The position numbers were made by a program, and so were the translations under genes. Shown piece after piece: positions 11,026 through 21,465 of a stretch of 37,044 nucleotides of DNA; the first letter of the stretch is position 1; every line of letters begins with the position of its first letter. Origin of the DNA: Anthoceros angustus (lineage: Eukaryota; Plantae; Anthocerotophyta); assembly GCA_010909165.1 (NCBI GenBank), contig VJWM01000365.1, positions 1 to 37,044 of the forward strand. Direction: 5' to 3'. Below the pieces are notes generated by a model. It saw nothing but the letters and a program-made list of their open reading frames with translations, searched no databases and had not been told where the DNA came from.

Positions 11026-11639
11026 GCTCTTATTATCGGAGTATGTCTATGTCTTTGGAGTGCTTATCATCGAGCATGTCTATGTGGAGTACTTATCATC
11101 GGAGTATGTCATATTACGAGTACTTATCAGCCGGTATGTCTATGTTAAGTACTTATCATCGGAGTATGTCATGTTCAGTACTTATCATGAGCATGTCTAT
11201 GTCTTTGGAGTACTTATCATCGAGCATGTCTATGTCTGGAGTATCGGACATGTTTATATATAGAGTTCTTATCATACGAGCTTGCCTATGTGTCTTTGAA
11301 GTTCTTATCATACGTCTTGAAGTTCTTATCATACAGCGTCTTGAAGTTCTTATCATACTGACGTCTTGAAGTTCTTATCATCGAGCATGTCTATACGCAC
11401 TCTGTCCTAGTTTCCTTTTCAATGAGGATCTTACCACTATGGAAGACTAAGAATGAGAAGTTACCAGCTGTTCTTATCATACGCGTCTTGAAGTTCCTAT
11501 CATACGACGTCTTGAATTTCTTATCATAAGCGTCTTGAAGTTCTTATCATCGAGCATGTCTATACGCCTCTGTCCTAGTTTCCTTTTCAATGAGGATCTT
11601 ACACCATTACAATGGAAGACTAAGAATGAGAAGTTACCG
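11026..11639. repeat. Composite minisatellite with CTTATCAT core (~16 cores) and a higher-order duplication
   Basis: ~30-bp units GAGTACTTATCATCGGAGTATGTCTATGT (11026-11290) change to ~20-25-bp units CGTCTTGAAGTTCTTATCATA. The block ending TGTCCTAGTTTCCTTTTCAATGAGGATCTTAC..ATGGAAGACTAAGAATGAGAAGTTACC occurs twice (~11403-11465, ~11571-11639). Confidence 0.95.
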
Positions 11640-11885
11640 CTTTCGGAGTAGCTCATGAGTCAAGTGGCTTCTGCAGGGTCAAGTGACTTTCTTCGTGGGG
11701 ATGAATTGGTGGTGTTTGGCCCTCGTTCACGCAATTTTATTGAAGATTATTTATCTTGTTTAAATTTTCGCTATCTTATTTAAATTTTACCTTTATATTC
11801 ATCAGACCGCGATCTAGGTAGTTATCATATTTCAGTCCCAAGACGGAAATCCTCCTCAGTGGACTTAAATAAAATTCTTCTTCTT
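11628..11885 (+). mobile_element. Short retroposon-like element with AATAAA+(TTC)n tail, copy 2
   Basis: Shares GGTCAAGTG.CTTTCTT..TGGGATGAATTGGTG.TGTTTGGCCCT.GTTCAC, TAGTTATCATATTTC.GTCCCA and AGTGGACTTAAATAAAATTCTTCTTCT with 6582-6830. Confidence 0.6.
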
Positions 11886-11914
11886 TACGCCTCCACATTT
11901 TAGCCTGTAAGCTT

Positions 11915-13290
11915 CTACATTGCAGGCGGAAGCTGCACTCTCTTTTCACACTGTCCTGGAAGCTGCACTCTTTTCACACTCGTAAGAGCTAGAGACACGC
12001 TAGGCAATTGTTTGTCTCCTTCAGTTTTAGGCTGAAACATTAATAGGCCAGCGCAGCCACTTACAATTCTGTGTGTCACACCCAAGAATGGTTTTATTAC
12101 TTTCTCGGGGCCAGGAGGACATCCTGCCCCCAGCACCCTAACATCATTCTCCTTGCGCTTTTCCTTCTCTTTGTCCTTGACGTCTTTGTCCTTATGGCGG
12201 TGTTTGCTCTTCTTTTCACTGGACATAAACTCAAGCTTCAATTTTCAATAATGGCATCATCTTTAAAGCTCCACATGCACGTTCACACACGAAAGAAACA
12301 GTTGAACAAGCAAGCATGGCAAAAGTAATAACACCAGACACATGCCAGGCTCCTGCAGGGCAGGCAATTAAAACTCTTGTTAAGCATCCCTTCACTGAAG
12401 ATCAACCCAAACAGTCAGTCCACAGCCAAGTCACAATCTTCTTCGTCCACAATGGATGCATAGGACTTGTCACCACAGCAGACAGAGACTGCAAGGCACC
12501 CGGCATTGAGCCGAGTGCTTGCGAGTTCAGCATGCTGTACGTCCGTTTCCTCAAGATCGTGCCACATGAATAACCTAGGCTTCTGCACATGTCCAAAACG
12601 CCCTCTGGCAGGCAGAGGCGTTCATCGTCAACCCTTCCTGTTGCATCAAGGCACGGGTCTAACTTGGCAGTTTTCTTACTTCCTAGCCGCACCATCACTC
12701 TCGTGTTTCCTCTTCTTCTTGTGGTGCTTCTTGTCAGCAGCATCTCCAGCAGGATCCTTACCGCCAGCATCACCTTTCCCATCCTTATCCTTATCCTTAC
12801 CCTTGTCCTTGTCTCTGTGACGGTGTTTGTGCTCCTTGTCCTTGTCCTTATCCTTGTCCTTGTGCTTTTATGCTTCCTCTTGTGCTTCTTCCCATCCTTC
12901 TCCCTGTCATCACTCTTCCTACCTACGCACTCAGTCAGCACCCCTTTTCCGCCTCCGGCAAAACCACCGGCGCAACCTCCCGGAACGTAAACGCCTTCCG
13001 CAAACTATCCAAATCAAGCGGCAAGATGGGATCAGAATCCGTGGCAAGCGCCGGCCTCCACCAGCTGCACCAGTTCCATCCCGTCCCTCTCCACAGCGCC
13101 GTGTCCCCTACAACGAACTTAAAGTACCGCGCGGGGTCGATCACCCGCGGAATAGGCTTCGTGCACAGAGCCTCATACGCGCTGTTCAAGCCGTAGAAGC
13201 TCAACAGGTCCACAGCCCGGTGCAGAAATCCGGAGTTCGAACAGCCGAATTGAGAAGCCTGAACGGGCCGCTAGACGACTCGGCCGTCAT
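11915..13290 (-). CDS. MED19: Mediator subunit 19; exons ~13290-12680 and 12218-11915, several frameshifts
   Basis: GAVDLLSFYGLNSAYEALCTKPIP..YFKFVVGDTALWRG..ILPLDLDSLRKAF..PVVLPEAEKG resembles plant MED19 (HNVVGDTEIRKG..PVELPPAEKG), followed by a KHKHK/DKDKD-rich tail. Intron GTAAG (12679) to TCCAG (12219) joins in frame: KKRKHESDGAAR-N-EKKSKHRHKDKD. Confidence 0.88.
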
Positions 13291-14133
13291 CCTGGACCAC
13301 AACAACCCGCGCTAGCTACAATTCTGCTCTGCCCGTGCCGGCTGATCGATCTGTTTCAGCTTCTCATCCAGCGTCTGCGGCCCTTCTTCCAACTTCCGAG
13401 CCTTCTTATCTGCCGATGCCACGAGTATACCTGCCCCACGCACAGTGTCCATGCCATACCAGCATAAGTCGTGCACACATACATACATACTTACTTCTAC
13501 ACTGGTTCCATCTACCTAATCCCGAGCCCTAATACGCAACACAACCCGCAGCAGCATCACACCGAGACAGCAGAAGAAGGGAAGGCATGGCAAGGAGCTC
13601 CATCTCTCACCTCCGAGGGTAGCAAGCGACGCCGCTATCAACACCACCTTCTCCACCTTGTCGGAGCGCGTCATCGCAATTCGCAAATCGAGACGACGAA
13701 TCGCGATTCGTCTCCCGGCGAGGGGAGGCCGAGAGGCTGTGTGCGCCGCGCGGGCAGAGAGGCAGGCAGCAGACGCTCGAAGCCCGCGCAGCCGTGTTCG
13801 CAATTAATCGGCGTAATAATGTCCCAGGAGACGGCCAACGGCCGGTCACGAGTCATCAGGACGACTCACGACTGCGCCGGGCGGGGGTCGGACTCGAAAC
13901 CGAAACTAAAACCGAAACAGGGCCTGCGGGAACCGAACCAGCCGAACCGGGGAGGCTCGGGCCGCCCGCGCCCGCCGAAGGAGTCGGCCGCGGCAGTGAC
14001 GTGAGGAAGGCGCAGGCAGAATCCGCGCGACAGCAGCAGGTTTTGCGCGCGATTGCGCCTGGGCAGCGCGGGAGGCAGGAGAAAGCGCGCCCGGCTTCAT
14101 GCGGAGCAGATCCGCGCTCGCACGAGCTTCCCG

Positions 14134-17100
14134 ATGATGGGCGATGGCGCAGCGGCGGCCAGGAATTCGGCTGCCGAGGGGCCCGGGGTGTGTCCGCCTC
14201 CTGGGGCTGGGGATGCCTACTTTCTCCGAGTCCAGCAGGTACGCGGGCGTGAGCGAGTCCGAGGAGGAGGACGCATGGCCCCGGCACCGCCCCGTGGAGG
14301 ACTCAGGAGGTTCTCGCTTCCCGCCGGGTTCGCGCTGGAGGCAGGCCCAGGCACGCCCCCGCTGGTCTCCAAGGTGGTCAAGCTCAAGGAGCGCGTTGCG
14401 GTGAGTGGGGACTGTGGAATTGGACTGGGCTGCTGCAGCGGGGCCTGCCAGGCCAGGACTAATTCGTCGTGGCTTCAGACCACCAAAGAGGAAATGCTGG
14501 AGCTGAGGCAGGAGGCCAGCGACTTGCAGGTACTCCAATGCCAAAATCAGCCGGTTGACGCGCTATCTTGGTGTTCTGGCGGACAAAGCACGGAAACTGG
14601 GTCAGCATTCCCGCGTTTCGCTCTGCTCGTCCTGTACTAGGTTTCGGAATGCTGTTTTGTTGTTTGTACCCGCATTGTTTGAAGGTCGGTGGCTGCCTCT
14701 GTAGATCAAGCTGTGTTGAATTTCGAGGAGCGGATTACCCCGGTGAAGCAGGAGAGGAAGAAGCTCTTCAACGATCTTATCACCGCGAAAGGTACAGCGC
14801 TCGTGGGGTGATTGTTTGGAATGCATACCGTGTGCTGTGCCTGTCGGCTCGGCTCAGGACGTTTGACTGAGTACTCGAGGAGACTTGTTCAGGCAACATT
14901 AGGTATTCTGCCGAGTGCGTCCAGTTCGAGGATGAAGGACCCTCGGCAACAGCGTTTCCCGATAACTACACCCTTCGAGTCAACCTTCCCCTCCTGGTTT
15001 CGCCGGAACGCCTACTCCCAGGAAGGAATGTAGATTCGATCGTGTTTACGGGCCTCATGTTGGTCAAGGTAAACACCGGGCTCTGTTCCGTTTGGGCTCG
15101 GCAGTTCATCCGATTCGAGTACGTTTGAGCTCAAACTTTCTTATTCTGCAGCCGATGTCTTCCATGATATCCAACCGCTGGCGCAGTCTGCTATGTGGAT
15201 GTACAACGTCTCCATCTTTGCTTATGGGCAGACGGGTGCTGGAAAGACTTACACTATGGTAATATGGGAAGATCCCGTCACTGCTATAGGTTGCCTTGTT
15301 GTCAGATGGCCTGTTTCGTTACTTCACCTGGGTTGTGTACTGTTTATCAGGAAGGGCTGAGTCACGACAGAGGACTATACTTCAGGGTATTTGATGAGCT
15401 GTTTGATTTGTCCCAAGCTGACACAACTCCAACTGCAAGATTTTCGTTTCACTTATCGATGATTGAGTTATATAACGAGCAGGTATGCTGGTATGCTGTG
15501 TACTGCAGCTGTTTCTGAGGTCAGTGATGATTGACTGGTCTAGTCCTGTGAGCTGGAGGCATTTCACTTTCCTGAGTGCGTGATGTAGTTTGAATTCTGA
15601 ATGTAGGTCCGGGATCTATTATCAAAGACGCCCGATGAGGATTTGAAGGGTGATGAGCTCGTTGAAGTGCCAGTAGACAATCCTACAGACTTTGCACAGA
15701 CCTTCAAGACTGGCTCACAGAATAGAGCGGTTGATGCTACCAAGACTCAGCGTTACAACAGATCACACATGTTAGATTCGGTGTCCAATCATTTGCCTAG
15801 GAGCTGTAATCTTTGTCCTTCACTGCTTCACTCTGTAAATGATTGAACTCTTGGTGTTTGTATAGTTCCTAAGAGGTTATATGCGCCTTTCAGGGTTCTA
15901 ACTGTACATATCCGGTACTCTGATAGTCTAAATGGTGAGAAGCAGTAGCAACAAGGTTGCTCTGGTAGACATGGCAGGCAGTGAGCGCCTTCCCAAGGCA
16001 GAGTCAAGTGGGAACCGTCTCACAGAATCGTTGCATGTGAACAAGTCCCTGTCTGCGTGAGTGTTGGTTATCTGCTATATCGTCAGCAATGATTGAGTGT
16101 CAGACTTGGCCCTTATCATTGTTTTTCTTGTGCAGTTTGGGTGATGTCTTAGCTGCTCTTACAGCAAGGAAGGATCACGTGCCATACGGAAACTCAAAGC
16201 TGACCCAGATCCTGGCTGATACTCTTGGTAGGTCTTGAATTGGACTTGAAGATGCAAGAGAACGAGAATCTTGACAGACAGGGCTCTGTAGGGTGATGCT
16301 GATTTGCAATTGCATATCTGAGATGGGGAAACCAGACTGGGTTCTAGCCATGGTTTCCAGCATGAATGTTTAGCTTGAGGGTCCTGACTTTTGCAGGGAT
16401 ACTCAGTTGAAGCTGGATTTGGATCTCTTAATCTCTGCAGGAGGCGATTCAAGGCGATCGTTGTCGTGAACATTAGTCCAAGCTTATGCGGATGTGCAGG
16501 AGACTTTTGTCTTTGAGTTTCTCAGTCGGGCTAAAAACGTGGAGATCAGCCTTGGCAATCGAGAAACAGTGAAGAAGTGGAGAGATCTGGTATTTTCTGC
16601 CTCATTCACTGTGATATTGTAGCTCGAGCATCATGCTGCCATCCCAATGTTCTGTGACAGGGCTTGTGGGTGCTGCTTTCTGATCTTGTCCCTGACAGGC
16701 CAATGATGCTCGGAAGGAGGTTTCAGAGAAAGACGCTGAAATCGCCAGTCTGCAGCTAGAGATTGAGAAACTCAAAAGGCGGCTTCAGAGGCAGACAGTC
16801 AGTGCCTCCTTTGTTTAATGAAGTCCAAAAGCATGGAAGGTGTCTTGACATTACAAACTGACATCAGCACACAGGAATCTCGCTTCAACAAATTAAAGGT
16901 TGTTCTCTCTTTTTCCTTGCCTGTGACACGACTCAATTTGAGGGCAACTTCATCTTGCTGTATGTTTCTAACTATGGGGCTGCCTGGTTGTCTTTTCAGA
17001 TTGAGATAGCCGATCTTACTGAAAAGCAAAGACATGAGAGGGATCAAAACGATCACTTCATGAAGCAAATATCTCAGCTCTTGAAGACAGAGCGAGACCA

Positions 17101-20100
17101 GAAAATCCAGCTGTCAGAAAGTACAGCCAAGATTGACCAGTTGGAAGTAAGTCAATTGTTTGATATCCATGACTTTCCATCTCTGACTTGGACCTTGTGC
17201 TGACTGAATTTCCATTGATGTTGCATAGTCTAAATTAAAAGATCTGGCAGCAGCTGGTAGATGCTCAGTCTGCTGCGAAGCTGGCAGAGATTGCCGCTGC
17301 ATCTGCCCCTGCGTTGAAGTCTGTCTCTGAGAAAGCGGAATTGCGGAGGGCTGTTGAAGAGAAGGAAACCGCCTTGTCCACAAACAAGAAGTTGGAGGAG
17401 GAGCTTCTGAAACGAGATGAGCTGATTGAGGTTAGCTGCACGATCATCACTTGGTTTTGTATCTATGGCATCCTTGCAGAGATTACAATTTTAACTACTT
17501 TCTATTGAATATTTGGTGCTTCCTCATCAGCGCCTGCACCAGGAGAATGAGAAACTGTTTGAGCGGTTAACAGAGAAGACTGTAGCCAACTTGAGCTCTC
17601 CTAAGGCTTGACATTGTCTACCAAGGTGTGTGTTGCTCTATATCTGTCATACCACCACTGAAGCACAGGATTGTCAGTTAGTAATGTGTCTCGAGGGAGT
17701 TCTCAGGTTCCAAGGTTGGACTCGGACGAGTGGATGACTTCAGCCTTGATGGGTCATTCAGGTGCGACTCTTGGTGTCTGAGCTGGGCCTGAACTCCCAG
17801 TAAATTTTTAGTCATGACAAAGCTTGCTGCTAGCAGCTCCTGCCTCACTTTAATGTCCCTATCTGCCACCACAGGGCAGCACGACCTCCATCTCCGCTGG
17901 CAAACGGTCTCCTGTGCTGGCCTCTCATGATTCAAAAGCCAGCGCAGCATCTTCTCCAGGAACCATAGCTTTGACATCATCTGAGAACACTAAAACCACA
18001 CCGGCAGGGGAGTATTTAACAGCTGCGTTGATGGATTTCAATCCCGATCAGTTTGAGGGCTCAGAGGCAGTTGCTGATGCTGCGAACAAATTATTGATGC
18101 TGGTACGCAATTGGTCTTGATGTTGTTGATGTCGGACGGAGCCTGAGGAACATAATTTGTCACCAGGGTTGTCTCGTACTTATTTTTGCGTGGCTTTCAT
18201 TGTAGGTCCTGGCTGCTGTGATTAAGGCTGGTGCAACAAGGGAGCATGACATGCTTGCAGAGATTCGTAATGCTGTGTTTGCTTTCATCCGGAAGATGGA
18301 ACCCAGAAGGGTGATGGATACAATGCTCGTATCCAGAGTCAGAATACTTTATATCCGCTCTCTTCTGTCTCGCTCACCTGAGCTGCAGACCATCAAAGTA
18401 AGCCCTGAATTCCAATTTCTGGTAGTATTTGAAGCACCTTGCCAGTGTTGTCTGGGATCAGAGCCAGCGTGAAGAGCCTTGCAACTAATGTGTTGCAGTT
18501 GTACATGTGTGGCAGGTCCTCCAGTGGACAGGTTTTTAGAGAAGCCTGGACATCATCCCAGCCGAGCAGGTCGTTCTGGACGTGGAGTCAGTCCTGCCAG
18601 GTCTCCTGTCAGTGGAGACCTTGGCGCCACCGGATCAAGAAGGATTTGCTGGATGATCAGATCCATGCTTTCCGTGTGAACTTGAAGCAAGAGAAGAAAA
18701 CAAGTTCTCTTCATTGGTGTTAAAATTGAGGGGCATTGATCAGGTTTGTAGACCTGATCGTTGAAGTGGCGGAAGTGTTTGGTCGACCATCTTTCGTGGT
18801 AGGCTGAGTTTTATTATCGTTGTTTGGAACAGGAAGCTTGGAGGCAACATGTGACCACTGCGAAATTAAGGAAATGAGTGAAGAGGCTCGGGGTTACGCC
18901 ATGGGGAACAAGCACCTGGCGGCTCTTTTGTCCACAGTCCTGCTGGGGAGCTTCAGCAAAAATCAGGGGCTGGCTGGCGGAGAATTTCGATTTTCTGTCG
19001 TTGGCTGGTGGGGATTCGGGGACAGACGGGGGACAATTGGAGGCCCTTGCAACAGCCATAATGGATGGGTGGATGGCTGGTTTGGGTGTTCCCCATCGGC
19101 CTAGCACAGATGCTCTTGGCCAACTTCTTTCCGACTACACCAAGAGAGTCTACACATCACAGTTACAGCATCTCAAGGTTCCCCACTGGATCCGAAATTG
19201 CTGCCTTTTGCATCCACCTGTTCAAGGAGGCGCAGTTCTCACTTGCTCTTTATCTGCCTCAGGATGTTGCAGCCACGTTGGCCACAGAGGAAGCTGAAGA
19301 TTCCTCTCAAATTGCCAAGTTACGATCCGCTCTTGAATCCGTGGAACACAAACGACGGAAGGTATTTCGAAAGTTGCGTTCGCGTAATTTTCTCCACTGT
19401 CACACAGGCCCTGGCTGAAGAGATGTTGCCTGTCTGTTATAGGTGTTACAACAAATGCGGGCGGATGTGGCGCTGCTGACCAAGGAAGAGGGCGGTTCTC
19501 CATTGCGGAATCCTTCGACTGCCAGTGAAGATGCCTGAGTAGCCTCCTCATCTCCTTGGAGGACATCCTTAAGCAAGCTGAGGTATTGTATTCGGGGAGG
19601 TGTGAGGCCATTAAGCTAATGTTTGTGTTTTGCAGGGACTGAATGAATGTCTGATGTTGCAGGAGGTCCGAAGAGAGGCGCCTTACAAGCTGTCCACTCT
19701 TCCAAGAAAAGGACCATGACCAACCGATTGAATTCTGACGGAGCGCATGCCGACTCTCCTCCCCATCGACCATCCCTGTGCACAGAAGTACATTGCCGAG
19801 GCGCAACGGACAGTGGAGGTACGGTGATGACCATCACGGTCCGTTACCCCAACTGTGCCTGCACCGTCTTGATTTCCCCGACTGATTATTCCTTCACGTT
19901 TGCAGTCTGTGCCGGAGCAAAAGAGGAGGTCACCATTCGAGAGGGAGAAATCCCTGGAGGGCTGGGGACCTTTCGGCGACCTCCGGCGAATGGGGTGAGC
20001 CGAGCACGACTCTGGACGGCGATATCGTGCAGTGGAGCGTCCTCCAGTTCAACAACGGGTCAGCCACGCCGTTCGTGATCAAGTGCGGTGCCACCTCTGG

Positions 20101-20428
20101 ATCTAGTAATCAAGGCTCACGCCAAAGGAGCGGACAAGGAGGTTGTGTGCGTGGTCCCACCCCTTCGTCCCTGGGCGGCCTCGCCCTGGACGAAATCAGA
20201 CACAGCCTGTCAAACCTCCCCGACGCCTTCCTCCAGCTAGCCCTGGCCAAGACGGCCGACGGAACGCGTGCCCGCTTCGCCCGCCTCTACAAGACGCTGG
20301 CCGTCAGAGTCCTGGCTTTACGGAGCAGCTTGGGAGAGTCCTCCCAGAGCCGTGGGGACTCGGGAAGGAGCCGAGGTTCCAGGAGATATTCCGATGCGGA
20401 TTCTGCCTCCAACGGATCTCACCACTGA
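14134..20428 (+). CDS. KAC: KAC/KCA1-type kinesin-14-like protein (chloroplast movement), multi-exon, frameshifts present
   Basis: [10 protein letters not shown](E)[18 protein letters not shown]; [14 protein letters not shown]; P-loop YGQTGAGKT (~15223-15249); [15 protein letters not shown]; LVDMAGSE (~15962); [13 protein letters not shown]; [36 protein letters not shown]; [10 protein letters not shown]; [10 protein letters not shown]; [15 protein letters not shown]; [11 protein letters not shown]; [22 protein letters not shown]. All are collinear with Arabidopsis KCA1/KAC1 as recalled. GT-AG introns mostly 70-110 nt. Confidence 0.95.
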
Positions 20429-21465
20429 AATTTTCCTCCCGTCTCCAGATCCCGGTAGGCTGTCTATACCTTCCTGCTTCCTTCCCCTTTGCTGCGTGTA
20501 CCTTGTGTATTATGTTAGGCCTTGAACGCTCTACGTACCTCCATCCTCCCTTTTCTGCCTGGGAGCAATGCAGCGCCGTAAGCAACTGTGTCCTCGAGTA
20601 CGTCACGTTTTATGTAGAGATGCAGACAAGAGATGTTTCCAGGCTACGAGAGTATGTTCTCACATCTGGAGGTGATCGGATGTACGTAGTGCCCTGTCCA
20701 CGCGTATTTGTTGTTGCACAGCCACTCCCAAATATGTGTCTGATGAGCTTGGACTCGTCCCCGCTCGTCTTGCAGTCGGCTTGGCAGGTGACGTCGAGAT
20801 CCACTAGGATCCGAGAGGCGCAGCTGCAAAGACAATATGCGCGTCTAGAGACGGGCTGGCTGCTGCAGCCTGCAACGTGATCGAATCGTGACAGGTATGT
20901 TCGTATCTTCCGGGGCCCATTCTCCACAGTGCTGCATCCTTATCCTGGCCTGCAGTCTTGAGGTACATTGCAGGCAGGAAGGAGAGTGGCCGATTCCACG
21001 TGTATGATTTTATTTGCTTGCGGAATTGGCCTTTTCATTCAGTTGTCGGCAATGCGATAGGTCCCGGATGAAATGATCCGGATAAGGAGAGTCGGAGGCC
21101 CTTTTGGCTAGGTGTGCAGCCTTTCTGGACTGGCCGGGCCTCCCTCCCGTCCCTGGGGGCGCCTGCACGGAAGCACCTAGTCTATGTAATGTGGGCAGGC
21201 GTCGTTGCACGAAATGCCGCGTAACCTGCATGTTGGGATAGAAAACGTGGTGCGGGGCACATTTTTCATTCTGCGGGCGCCACGTCCAGGAGGGAGGGAG
21301 GGAGGGAGGGAGGAGAGGTGGAGAGCGCGGCGGCGCGAACAAATTGGAGCTCGCCTGGTGTCGAGGGCGGGACGGCGCTTTGCCATTCCGCTGTGGACAT
21401 TTGATGTGAGACACCGACAGCGCGTGCTGTTGGCTGGGGCCTGGGCCTGGGCCTAGGAAGGAACA

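Noticed and set aside
11024-11369. ORFs with repeated YLSSEYV / VLII motifs
   Set aside because: Translations of the minisatellite; no independent evidence of coding.
5182-11639. CRISPR-like reading of the short repeats
   Set aside because: Eukaryotic context, only two copies or contiguous units without unique spacers, and no cas genes.
6582-11885. The two 250-bp copies as LTRs of a single 5.3-kb element
   Set aside because: No TG..CA ends, PBS or PPT, and no gag/pol between them. The AATAAA+(TTC)n tails fit separate retroposon insertions better.
11563-11893. TACGCCTC as a TSD for retroposon copy 2
   Set aside because: The left copy lies inside a duplicated array unit, so the 8-bp match may be coincidental.
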